Positions 21,914 through 31,017 of a DNA stretch of 64,000 nucleotides are shown one piece after another (within the stretch, counting starts at the first letter, position 1; each line of letters starts with the position of its first letter). The translations under genes were made by a program, and so were the position numbers. The notes under the pieces are model-generated. The model made no database searches and had not been told where the DNA came from. It was given only the letters and a program-made list of their open reading frames with translations. The stretch comes from Bacteroidota bacterium (GTDB lineage: Bacteria > Bacteroidota > Bacteroidia > Cytophagales > Cyclobacteriaceae): NCBI GenBank assembly GCA_023417785.1, contig JAEZEH010000077.1, forward strand, positions 2,088 through 66,087, given 5' to 3'.

Positions 21914-23311
21914 CTAGATCCCCGAAAACAATTCAACCGATTCGAGATAACGTGGGACGACAACGTTCCAGCCCAGCCGGTCACGGATCGCCTGCGCATA
22001 TCTTTCGATTTTTTCTCCTTCACCATGAACGCAGAATGTCAGCTTTGGGCTATCCTCCAGATTACTCATCCATTGAAATAATTCGGATCGGTCGGCATGT
22101 CCGGAAAGCGAAGTGATTTGTTCGATCCGGCATTTCACAGGCACTTCTTCGCCATAGATTTTCAAAGTTGGAGCACCTTCCAGCAGATCGCGGCCGCGTG
22201 TACCTTCAGCCTGATATCCCGAAATAAGTATGGTATCCTGCGGATTGGGCAGCCTGTTAAACAAATGATGGAGAATTCTGCCGCCGGTCATCATGCCACT
22301 GGCGGAAATAATGATCGCCCGTGACTTGATGTTGTTCAGGGTTTTCGAATGTTCCCCCGATTTTACGAACACCAGCATATTGGTTTCAATGTCGCGGGCG
22401 AGGTCTTTGGTCGTGACTTCAAGCTTATGATACGTTGGATATTTATAAAACAGATAGGTCGCGGATATAGCCATAGGACTGTCGACATATACTGGTACAT
22501 CCGGGATCCTGTCTTCCAGCATCATCTTTCGGAAATGATATAGCAGCGTTTGCGTCCGCCCCACGGCGAAGGCGGGAATGACCAGCACACCACCGCGATC
22601 GAACGTTTCATTTACAATGCGTTCCAGATCAGCCTCCGGGTCGACGGCGGGGTTATCGGTGTCGCCATAGGTCGACTCGATGAACAAAACATCAGCAACC
22701 TTTATCGCAGTCGGATCCCGCAGCACGGGCTGATTGTACCTGCCCAGGTCTCCTGAAAAAACAACGGTCTTGGTCATCCGTTCACCAGTGAACGCGATTT
22801 CGGCGATGGCCGACCCAAGCAAGTGTCCTGCCTCACGGAATACCACATCGATACCATTGTGAATTGAGAACTTTTTATCGAGATCAACTTCCTTAAATAG
22901 CGGGAACGTCGCCTTCGCGTCTTCACCTGTATAAAGGGGCCTGGGATTCTCATGTTTTGAATAACCCTTCTTCCGCGCGAAGGCAGCTTCCTCTTCCTGC
23001 AGCTTTGCCGAATCAAGGAGAAGCAATTCCATCAATTCAGCCGTTGGTGTGGTGCAATAGATTGGACCAGAAAAACCTTCGCGAACAAGTTTTGGCAGAT
23101 AGCCCGTGTGATCGATGTGCGCATGACTGATCACTATCGCATCGATGGATTTCGGATCAGCCGGAAATTCGTCCCAGTTTCTCAGGCGCAATTCCTTCAA
23201 ACCCTGGTACATCCCACAGTCGAAAAGAAACGAAAAACCGTTGGCACTGATAAGATACTTTGATCCGGTAACGCTGCCTGCGCCGCCTAGAAACCTAACC
23301 TTTACATTCAT
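21914..23311 (-). CDS. MBL-fold beta-CASP ribonuclease (RNA-specificity domain protein)
   Basis: Metallo-beta-lactamase motif ISHAHIDHTG, a beta-CASP region and the C-terminal SGHAD motif. 465 aa. Confidence 0.85.
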   Translation of the reverse strand: MNVKVRFLGGAGSVTGSKYLISANGFSFLFDCGMYQGLKELRLRNWDEFPADPKSIDAIVISHAHIDHTGYLPKLVREGFSGPIYCTTPTAELMELLLLDSAKLQEEEAAFARKKGYSKHENPRPLYTGEDAKATFPLFKEVDLDKKFSIHNGIDVVFREAGHLLGSAIAEIAFTGERMTKTVVFSGDLGRYNQPVLRDPTAIKVADVLFIESTYGDTDNPAVDPEADLERIVNETFDRGGVLVIPAFAVGRTQTLLYHFRKMMLEDRIPDVPVYVDSPMAISATYLFYKYPTYHKLEVTTKDLARDIETNMLVFVKSGEHSKTLNNIKSRAIIISASGMMTGGRILHHLFNRLPNPQDTILISGYQAEGTRGRDLLEGAPTLKIYGEEVPVKCRIEQITSLSGHADRSELFQWMSNLEDSPKLTFCVHGEGEKIERYAQAIRDRLGWNVVVPRYLESVELFSGI

Positions 23312-23315
23312 ATTG

Positions 23316-23591
23316 TTAATGCTGTATTGAAAAATCGGGGTAGTTCTTCATGGATGTCTCCTGAACATCACACGACTTCACGACCGCTGCAGGCGGGCCA
23401 AGTTTACACCACGCCACGAATTCGTCAAGAACCTCAGGCTCCCCTTCTGCTTCAATATACACAGAACCATCGCGTTCATTTCGCACAAATCCGGTTAAAG
23501 CAAGCAATCTTGCTTTTTGCGCAGCGGAGGCCCGAAAGCCGACACCCTGAACCCTGCCGGCAACGCGGATGTCCAAGTGTTTTCTTTCCAT
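23316..23591 (-). CDS. acyP: Acylphosphatase
   Basis: Signature VAGRVQGVGFR and GFVRN. 91 aa. Its ATG directly abuts the gapN stop (TAAATG). Confidence 0.9.
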   Translation of the reverse strand: MERKHLDIRVAGRVQGVGFRASAAQKARLLALTGFVRNERDGSVYIEAEGEPEVLDEFVAWCKLGPPAAVVKSCDVQETSMKNYPDFSIQH

Positions 23592-25226
23592 TTAGAAAAT
23601 GAAGTCGGTACTAAGGAAAGCCGATTCTCTGTTCCGGATTATTTGGGCCAGCATTTGTTTATTTGCTTCGTTGTCGCGGGTGGCGACAATGGTACGAATG
23701 GAGAATACGCGTAGCGCATCCGAAACAGACAACGTACCTTCGGCAGAATCCTTTCGGCCATTGAAAGGAAACGTATCCGGTCCACGCTGGCTTTGTGTGT
23801 TCAGGTTAATTCTTCCAACCTGATTCACGAAAGCATCCATCAGCCGTGCAACGCGTTTGCTGTCTTCACCGAAAATACTTACCTGCTGGCCGAAGTTTGA
23901 ATTCACGACGTAGCGTATAACTTCTTCGTCGTCCTCGAAAGGCACTATAGGTACTACCGGACCGAACTGTTCTTCATAATAGAGTCGCATTTTTTCATTA
24001 ACAGGGCAAAGTACTGCGGGATAGAAGAAGGTTTGAAACCGGTCACCCCCGTTTTCATTTACGATTGACGCGCCGTGTTTTTTCGCGTCGTCTACGAGAC
24101 CTTGCAGGTACTCAACCTTTCCTGGCTCGGGAAGCGGTGTAAGAGATACGCCTTTATCCCACGGCATTCCGGGTTGAAGTTTCTTCACCTCTTCATTGAA
24201 TCTCGATATGAATTCGTTAAGAATGCTTTTATGAACGAGCAGAATCTTTAGCGCTGTACATCTTTGTCCGTTAAACGACAAACTTCCGGTGATACATTCG
24301 GATACCGCATTTTTCAGATCTGCGTCGGGAAGTACAATTGCGGGGTTCTTCGCATCAAGACCGAGAATTGCCTTCAGACGATGTGGCTTTGGGTGAAGTC
24401 TTTTTAAATCGTTAGCTCCTTTGTTCGTTCCGATGAATGCGAACACGTCGATCTTACCGCTTTCCATAAGGGCCCCTACCGTTTCACGACCGCGTCCGTA
24501 GATAATATTGATTACGCCGGCCGGGAAGTTGTTTTTGAAAGCCTCGAGTAACGGACGCACAAGCAACACACCGTATTTCGCGGGTTTGAAAACAACGGTG
24601 TTCCCCATGATGAGTGCGGGAATAAGCGTTGTGAACGTTTCGTTGAGCGGATAATTGTAAGGGCCCATACACAACGACACTCCCAGGGGTACACGACGAA
24701 TCTGCGCCATGAATCCCTGATCCTCGATAAGCTTCGCCGAGTTGCGATCAAGATCCTTATACGCCTTGATCGTGTCCGTTATATAGTCGCAGGTACGATC
24801 AAATTCCTTTTCCGAATCCATAAGTGTTTTTCCGATTTCCCACATGAGCAGTCGCACCACCTCATCGCGTTTGCTCCGCATCTCTTTAAGAAATCTTTCC
24901 ACGTGCTCAATACGCGCGGTCACACTCAGGGTCGGCCACATACCGTGACCCATATCATAAGCTTTCACCGCGGCATCAAGAGCTTCAAGTGATTCATTGG
25001 AGGTAAGCAAAGGTGTACTGCCAAGGATTTTCTGAGTGTAATCCCCGCCCTTGCGAACGAACACCGGGCTTAGCACCGGATTGAGTGGTCCTGACCACAA
25101 CCGTAGTTCGCCATTGATCAGGTATTCACGCTGTTCAATGGCCTGTGCTGTACGGTAATTTTCCGGGATTGCATCTTCTTCGGGAAAAAGACTTTGCAAC
25201 AATTCAGGCGTCATCAATTCATTCAT
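23592..25226 (-). CDS. GapN-family (ALDH11-like, non-phosphorylating glyceraldehyde-3-phosphate dehydrogenase-type) aldehyde dehydrogenase
   Basis: Motifs present: PYNYPLN (oxyanion Asn), FKPAK, GQRCTA (catalytic Cys323 preceded by Arg), EEQFGPV, and the GapN-specific QRGPDTFPFNGRKDS. The general-base position carries Gly289 (see findings). Confidence 0.8.
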   Translation of the reverse strand: MNELMTPELLQSLFPEEDAIPENYRTAQAIEQREYLINGELRLWSGPLNPVLSPVFVRKGGDYTQKILGSTPLLTSNESLEALDAAVKAYDMGHGMWPTLSVTARIEHVERFLKEMRSKRDEVVRLLMWEIGKTLMDSEKEFDRTCDYITDTIKAYKDLDRNSAKLIEDQGFMAQIRRVPLGVSLCMGPYNYPLNETFTTLIPALIMGNTVVFKPAKYGVLLVRPLLEAFKNNFPAGVINIIYGRGRETVGALMESGKIDVFAFIGTNKGANDLKRLHPKPHRLKAILGLDAKNPAIVLPDADLKNAVSECITGSLSFNGQRCTALKILLVHKSILNEFISRFNEEVKKLQPGMPWDKGVSLTPLPEPGKVEYLQGLVDDAKKHGASIVNENGGDRFQTFFYPAVLCPVNEKMRLYYEEQFGPVVPIVPFEDDEEVIRYVVNSNFGQQVSIFGEDSKRVARLMDAFVNQVGRINLNTQSQRGPDTFPFNGRKDSAEGTLSVSDALRVFSIRTIVATRDNEANKQMLAQIIRNRESAFLSTDFIF

Positions 25227-25256
25227 TATTATTTGGTTTGGATTAGGTTGTAGTTC

Positions 25257-25907
25257 TTATTGGATATTCGTAACCAGACTTACGCCGGATGAAGTGCCAA
25301 TCCGGGTGGCTCCGGCGTTGATCATGGCTTCGGCCTCGGCGCGTGTTTTGATTCCTCCCGAGGCTTTGATGCCAACGGTGGGAGGAACCGACCTTTTCAT
25401 GATGGCGATGTGTTCCTTCTTTGCTCCGGCAGGTGCAAAACCCGTGGATGTCTTGACGAAGTCAGCGCCGGCATCAGAGCAAATACGGCACGCCTCTTCG
25501 ATTTCCGTATCCGAAAGATATGCCGTCTCAATGATAACTTTCAACAGTTTTCCGCGGTCATGTGCGGCCTTGCTGCATTTCGCGACTTCGATCTTGGGCC
25601 AGGGCATACCACTTTTGAATGCGCTCACATTCCATACTACGTCAATTTCGTCGGCGCCATTGTCGATAGCGCGGCGGATTTCTTCGACTTTGGTTTCAGT
25701 CATGTTATAACCCAATGGAAAACCAGCAACGGTAACCAGCTTAACATTCAGGTTCCCGATCTCCCGCCGGGCACGTTCGACCCAGAATGGCGGAACACAA
25801 ACGCCAACAAAGCCGTGCTCGCCGGCTTCGGCAACAAGTTTGTCAATATCATTTATCGTGAGTCCGGGACTGAGATTGGTATGTTCGATGTAGGGAGCAA
25901 GGTTCAT
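25257..25907 (-). CDS. deoC: Deoxyribose-phosphate aldolase
   Basis: DeoC class I aldolase similarity (IEHTNL, FVKTSTGF Schiff-base Lys region, IKASGGI). I set the start at MNLAPYIEHT. The track start is 10 codons longer. Confidence 0.9.
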   Translation of the reverse strand: MNLAPYIEHTNLSPGLTINDIDKLVAEAGEHGFVGVCVPPFWVERARREIGNLNVKLVTVAGFPLGYNMTETKVEEIRRAIDNGADEIDVVWNVSAFKSGMPWPKIEVAKCSKAAHDRGKLLKVIIETAYLSDTEIEEACRICSDAGADFVKTSTGFAPAGAKKEHIAIMKRSVPPTVGIKASGGIKTRAEAEAMINAGATRIGTSSGVSLVTNIQ

Positions 25908-25976
25908 TTGTCGCAAGGTACAATGAAGACAAGGCACCGTGCAACCGAACTGTTGTTCGGAAAGGCAAATTTGAGA

Positions 25977-26363
25977 TCAGTGCCGGATACCGCACTCCTT
26001 GCAAAATCGCATTTTGTGGGGGGGGCGTTTTTTCGGTTTGCGCTTGTGCCCAAAGTACATTGGATCGGAATACTGGGGTTTCTCCATTGCTTTCGCCGTT
26101 TTCTCCCTCGTCTTCGCTACGGCAGCCACTCGTTCGTAATACTCCCGTTGTTGATCGTACGTTGTCTTGCGGGAGTTTTTCTTTTTGGATTGTCGAGGCG
26201 CAGCTGTTTCCGTTGATGTTCCAGGGGCAAGTGCCGAAGGACTTGATGTATATCCGGCGGCCGGACGTTCGGCGCTGTTCTTTTTCTTCTTCCTCGATTG
26301 CGAGTGGGCATCGATGACCGATGCCATTAAAAGTAAGGTAAGAAATACAAACAGTAATCTCAT
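25977..26363 (-). CDS. Hypothetical secreted, highly basic protein
   Basis: Signal peptide MRLLFVFLTLLLMASVIDAHS, then a Lys/Arg-rich low-complexity region ending in FCKECGIRH. I set the start at the ATG (the track used an upstream TTG). Confidence 0.5.
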   Translation of the reverse strand: MRLLFVFLTLLLMASVIDAHSQSRKKKKNSAERPAAGYTSSPSALAPGTSTETAAPRQSKKKNSRKTTYDQQREYYERVAAVAKTREKTAKAMEKPQYSDPMYFGHKRKPKKRPPHKMRFCKECGIRH

Positions 26364-26458
26364 AGCGCTATAACTACACAAGGTAACAAAAATTGCCCGT
26401 GCATCGATAAATGGAAGCTATCACGGTTAAACAGTTTGGTTTGCCTGAAAATGAAAAT

Positions 26459-26479
26459 GCTCTCCGAAGTTCGGAGAGC
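26459..26479 (-). terminator. Strong hairpin, candidate terminator between the TPR gene and the 128-aa gene
   Basis: GCTCTCCG/CGGAGAGC stem. On the minus strand it is followed by ATTTTCATTTTC. It lies about 235 nt downstream of the TPR stop. Confidence 0.45.
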
Positions 26480-26713
26480 AATTTTCGCACCTTTAACCCT
26501 AAACTAAATAATATAACCTAATCTAAACCTATTTGATATCTCCGCGAACCGTCTCCGAATTTCTCCGGTTTATGTCGCATTGACAATACAAAGATGCAGC
26601 AGATTGGCCCGGCGAAAAAATTGGTTGACTAAGTCAACTTATGCGTGTAATATCTACACATTTTTTGTCCGCTGTACCGATGCAGTGAATGAAACAAGTT
26701 TCAAAGGCGCGGA

Positions 26714-29700
26714 TTATTTGCAGTATTGACCAAGTTGAAACCGCGCCTTTGCATCTCCGTGCTCAACTGCCTTTCTCCAATCGAAACATGCCTTGTCTTT
26801 TTTATCCATTTGGTAATAGAAGTTACCTCGTTGCTTATAGAAAGCGGCATTTTTTGGTTCAAGGCGGATCGCTTCATCCAGGTCTGATATTCCGGCACCG
26901 TAGTCGTCGAGTCCGGCTCTGCAGTTTGCTCGGTTGTAATAGGCAAGCGCATCATCAGGATTGGCAATCAAAACCTGATTGTAATCCAGCAATGCACCTT
27001 CAAAATCCTCCAGACCTTCTTTGATAAGCGCCCGGTTAAATTTCGCATCAATATTTGCGGGTTCGATTTCAAGCGCTTTGTTAAGATCAAGCACGGCAGC
27101 CTTCACATTTTCGAGCCCCAAAAGAGCCCGCGCACGGTTGATATACAACGCTGCTGTGTTTTCACCGGCCTGGCTTGCGTTGTCAAAGTCGGTAATGGCC
27201 TCCTGAAAAGCGTTTTCTTCCAGAAGCATCAAGCCTCTTTTATAGTAAACCTCCTTATTTTTAAGCCCGGCTGAGATAGCCTTATCATAATACTCACGGG
27301 CAAGAACCGCGCGTTTCAAGTTATTATAGTTCTCCGCCATCGCGAGGTACAATCCGCCATCGGGTTTGGGATATAGTTTTTCGGCATCACGATAGTCTTT
27401 TGCAGCCTCCTCAAACTTCTGCATCCCGGCAAAAGTTTCGGCGCGATTTTCGAATGCTTTTGCATAATCCGGTTTGCGCTTTATGGCCTCTGAAAAATCC
27501 GGTATCGCATCGGCATATTTTTCCTGCCGGAAAAGTGCTTTACCACGGTTGTTGAAAAGCATCGGGTCTTTCATTTCGAGTTTTATTGCCTGACTGTAGT
27601 CCTGCACCGCTTCGTTGAACTTGTCGGACGTGTAGTAAGCATTTCCACGATGAAAGTAAGCAGAAGCCAATTTTGCGTCGAGGACAATTGCCTGATTGAA
27701 ATCGCTCAATGCGGCGGTGAACTCTTTTTCCTCGTACTTACATTGACCGCGCATGTCGAATGCCAGCGCGATCTGCACGCCGCCACGAATGGCCTGATCC
27801 AGATCCGGGAAAGCAGTTTTCAGATCCCCGAGATAATACTTTGACGCACCGCGCTTATAGTACAGGTCCGCCTCTTTGTCTCCATTGTCGATAGCTTTTG
27901 TGAAGTCGGGAATGGCCTTTTCATATTCGTTCAATTCGAATAGCGAATTACCACGCATAACATATGCGCCGTTTTCGCGTGAGCCCCCGGCTATCGCGTT
28001 TGTCAGATCGGCTACGCTGCCTTTATAATCGCGAGTGGTATATTTCGATGCACCTGACATAAAAAGGTCTTCTGCGGTTGCTTCATTTTTTGAAATGATC
28101 ATGGCGAAGTCACGAATTGCTGCAGGGAAATCATTCAAAGCGTAGTTCGCTGTTGCCCTGTTTCGAAGCGCCGTAACATAGTCTGACTTTATGCCCAATG
28201 CCCGGTCAAAATCTCCGATGGACTCTTTTACGAGTCCGGCCTTAAGTTTTGCTTTACCGCGATTGTTGAATACCACCTCATTGTTGAGACCTGCCCCTAT
28301 TGCCTGGTCATAGACGGAAACAGCGCCGGTAAAATCGGATTTTTTGAAACGGGCGTTACCCAACTCAAACAGGATTGTCTGGTTCTTTGACTGCATCTGA
28401 AAGGCCGTCTCGAGATAGTCAACGGCATCGTCTTCCTTTTTCAACGCAAGGTATGCCAGGGCCAGTTGTTCATAAGATGTCAGACCCAGTTTGGTGTGTT
28501 GTTTTGCAATCAGCAGATCTGCAATACATTTTTCGAATTGCTGATCCTGAAAAAACATCTTTCCGCGGGTTTCATATAACTGCACATCCTTTTCACCTTC
28601 CTTTTCTGCCCACGTCAGGTATTCAACAGTACGCTTCGAATCGTTCCTCTCTGCTGTAAGCAGGCCCAGATACAAGAGCGCTTTTCCATTTCGCGCGCCG
28701 GTCTGCACCCACTTTTCAAGCGACTCATACGCGAGTTCCTTTTTTCCAGTGAGGTAAGCCGATACACCCAGCATGCGCCACAGTTCCGCATCTACACCTT
28801 CATTCGCTTTTGCCTTTTCAAGGTCTTCGATTGTCGCGGCATACTGTTCCATACGGAAGCGTGCGGTTCCGCGATTGAGATATGCCCTGGTGTAATCGCT
28901 CTTTATCTGGATCGCTTTGTCAAAGTCCGTTATAGCACCTTTGAAGTCTTCCAGGTTGAGTTTTGCTTTCCCGCGATTATTCCATATGATGGCATCCGAT
29001 CCATCGGCAACAATAGCCTGATCGTAGCGCACAATCGCTTCCTTGAACTGATTATTCAAGAAATGGATGTCTCCGAGATTTCTATAGGAATCCGCGTCAG
29101 CCTGGCCTGCCGCGATGGCTTGTTCCAGATATTTCTTCGCATTTCCATAGTCTTTCTGGTAGAACGATGCATTACCGAGAGCCGCTACTACCTCCTTTTC
29201 GCTGGCACCGGTACTTAATGCACGGGTAAGTAGTTCAACTGCCGAAGTGTAAGCCTTTAACTCGAAATGACACATCCCCGCAGACCGTAATACTTTCTGC
29301 TCGGCAGCACCTAACGATATTGCTATTGTAAGATTTTTCAAGGCCTCACTGCAATTATTTTCGCTGACATGACTCAGACCGAGCATGGTAAACACTTCCT
29401 TGTTTTTGATTCCTTTACTAACGGCAGAAGTTAACGCATCGATTGCGCCTTTGTAATTTGACGTGTTATATCTGGCAATCCCGAGCCGTTCAAAAAATAC
29501 ACTTTCCGTCCGGCCTGACGCGACAAGCTTTTCAAGATCATCAGCCGCAGGTTTCCAGTTACCAGCCTTGAAATTAGCCTCGGCCCTGTTTTCCATGGCG
29601 CGATCATATTCCGGACGGATTTGCAAAGCTTTGCTGTAATCCACGATTGCTCCCGGAACGTCGTTGCTATTGTATTTCGCCTTACCACGGTTGTTGTACA

Positions 29701-30910
29701 ATACCGCATCTTCAAGGCCGCCCCCGACTGCTTTGTCATATGCTTTTACTGCTGACGGGAAGTCATTCGTTTGAAACCGGATGTCAGCAAGTTTCCTGAA
29801 TACTTCAGCGTCGTTCCAACCCAGGGCAATGGCTTTCTCAAGATCACTGGCGGCATTGGTTAAATCGTTAAGTGCAAACGCAGAGCTGCCTTTGTAAAAA
29901 TATGCTTCGCGGGTGGCAGCGCCTGAGGCAACGGCGCGGCTAAGCGATTCATTGGCTTCTTTGTGGGCTTCGGCCTTCGACTGACATATACCCAGCTGAA
30001 GGAATACATCCTTGTCGGCGATACCCAAGGATACTGCAGCTAAAAGACTCTTAATCGTTGGGGCGCAATTTCCGATGGCAGCATGACTTAGTCCATGCAT
30101 GCGGAGAACATGCTTTTCGCGAACACCTTTCGCAATCGCGAGGTCCAGGGCCTCGGCGGATCCACGGTAATCGTTCAGAGTAAACTTGCACTGTCCGATC
30201 TTCGTCCAGATCTCAGCATCCGTTCTGCCTGAAGCCATCATTTTTTCAAAGTCTTCGATCGCCCCTTTCCAGTCCTGTAATACAAATCGTGCCTCGGCCC
30301 GGTTTTCCGTTGCTCTGATATAATCCGATTTTAATTCAAGAGCCTTGTCGAAGTCCGTAAGGGCAGACTTGTAATCCCTGAGCATAGTACGGGCCTGGCC
30401 CCGGTTGTTGTAGACGATGGCATCTTTGATACCTGCGCTGACGGCCTTATCGTAGTTTGTTATGGCGTCCTTGTAATTCTCCATTCGGAACTTGGCGTGC
30501 CCGAGATTGGCAAGCGAAAGTGCCGATACGTTAGCCATACTTACGGCCTTTTCGAGATCCGATGCAGCACCTTGAAAATCGTCGAGGTAGTACCGGGTAT
30601 TTCCGCGACTCTCGTATAGTTCGGCTGATGAAACCCGGGCCTTTACTGCCTCATCCAGATCTGATTTGGCTTTGTCGTATTGCTTAAGATTGTAAAATGC
30701 CACCCCGCGTTTTGCATAGACTTCTTTGTTAGGAAAGCCTGCGTTAATAAGTTCGGTCAATTGCTGAGATGCTTTGGAATAATCCCCCGATTGAAGGGCT
30801 TGCTGGGCACTATTCCACCGGATCTGTAGCAGCGAGTCAATTTGTTGTGAATAACAATGAACCGAGACCAGTGAAATAAGGAGTAGAACAAAGAAAATGC
30901 GTGTATGCAT
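26714..30910 (-). CDS. Secreted giant tetratricopeptide-repeat protein (about 40 TPR units)
   Basis: Signal peptide MHTRIFFVLLLISLVSVHCYSQ, then continuous 34-aa TPR consensus (W/Y..G.......Y..A..D...A). Confidence 0.85.
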   Translation of the reverse strand: MHTRIFFVLLLISLVSVHCYSQQIDSLLQIRWNSAQQALQSGDYSKASQQLTELINAGFPNKEVYAKRGVAFYNLKQYDKAKSDLDEAVKARVSSAELYESRGNTRYYLDDFQGAASDLEKAVSMANVSALSLANLGHAKFRMENYKDAITNYDKAVSAGIKDAIVYNNRGQARTMLRDYKSALTDFDKALELKSDYIRATENRAEARFVLQDWKGAIEDFEKMMASGRTDAEIWTKIGQCKFTLNDYRGSAEALDLAIAKGVREKHVLRMHGLSHAAIGNCAPTIKSLLAAVSLGIADKDVFLQLGICQSKAEAHKEANESLSRAVASGAATREAYFYKGSSAFALNDLTNAASDLEKAIALGWNDAEVFRKLADIRFQTNDFPSAVKAYDKAVGGGLEDAVLYNNRGKAKYNSNDVPGAIVDYSKALQIRPEYDRAMENRAEANFKAGNWKPAADDLEKLVASGRTESVFFERLGIARYNTSNYKGAIDALTSAVSKGIKNKEVFTMLGLSHVSENNCSEALKNLTIAISLGAAEQKVLRSAGMCHFELKAYTSAVELLTRALSTGASEKEVVAALGNASFYQKDYGNAKKYLEQAIAAGQADADSYRNLGDIHFLNNQFKEAIVRYDQAIVADGSDAIIWNNRGKAKLNLEDFKGAITDFDKAIQIKSDYTRAYLNRGTARFRMEQYAATIEDLEKAKANEGVDAELWRMLGVSAYLTGKKELAYESLEKWVQTGARNGKALLYLGLLTAERNDSKRTVEYLTWAEKEGEKDVQLYETRGKMFFQDQQFEKCIADLLIAKQHTKLGLTSYEQLALAYLALKKEDDAVDYLETAFQMQSKNQTILFELGNARFKKSDFTGAVSVYDQAIGAGLNNEVVFNNRGKAKLKAGLVKESIGDFDRALGIKSDYVTALRNRATANYALNDFPAAIRDFAMIISKNEATAEDLFMSGASKYTTRDYKGSVADLTNAIAGGSRENGAYVMRGNSLFELNEYEKAIPDFTKAIDNGDKEADLYYKRGASKYYLGDLKTAFPDLDQAIRGGVQIALAFDMRGQCKYEEKEFTAALSDFNQAIVLDAKLASAYFHRGNAYYTSDKFNEAVQDYSQAIKLEMKDPMLFNNRGKALFRQEKYADAIPDFSEAIKRKPDYAKAFENRAETFAGMQKFEEAAKDYRDAEKLYPKPDGGLYLAMAENYNNLKRAVLAREYYDKAISAGLKNKEVYYKRGLMLLEENAFQEAITDFDNASQAGENTAALYINRARALLGLENVKAAVLDLNKALEIEPANIDAKFNRALIKEGLEDFEGALLDYNQVLIANPDDALAYYNRANCRAGLDDYGAGISDLDEAIRLEPKNAAFYKQRGNFYYQMDKKDKACFDWRKAVEHGDAKARFQLGQYCK

Positions 30911-30930
30911 GGTTAGAAAGGTCAGAAAAG

Positions 30931-30938
30931 CAAAGTTA
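30931..30938 (-). promoter_or_regulatory. Bacteroidota -7 promoter element (TAACTTTG) for the TPR gene
   Basis: Exact TAnnTTTG match on the minus strand, 21 nt upstream of the ATG. Confidence 0.4.
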
Positions 30939-31017
30939 TCAAAACGCCTTTGCCTGACGATTCAATGACCTTCCATATCTTACATGCATATTGACTGAGG
31001 TAAAAAACCTCATGTAG

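Noticed and set aside
25294-26216. Plus-strand ORFs of 138 aa and 268 aa overlapping deoC and the 128-aa gene
   Set aside because: They are antisense shadow ORFs spanning two well-supported minus-strand genes and their spacer. They have no motifs and no promoter element.
26494-26530. CCCTAAA-like, telomere-resembling low-complexity stretch
   Set aside because: It is not a regular tandem repeat. It is probably just AT-rich intergenic sequence, so I mention it only within the spacer finding.
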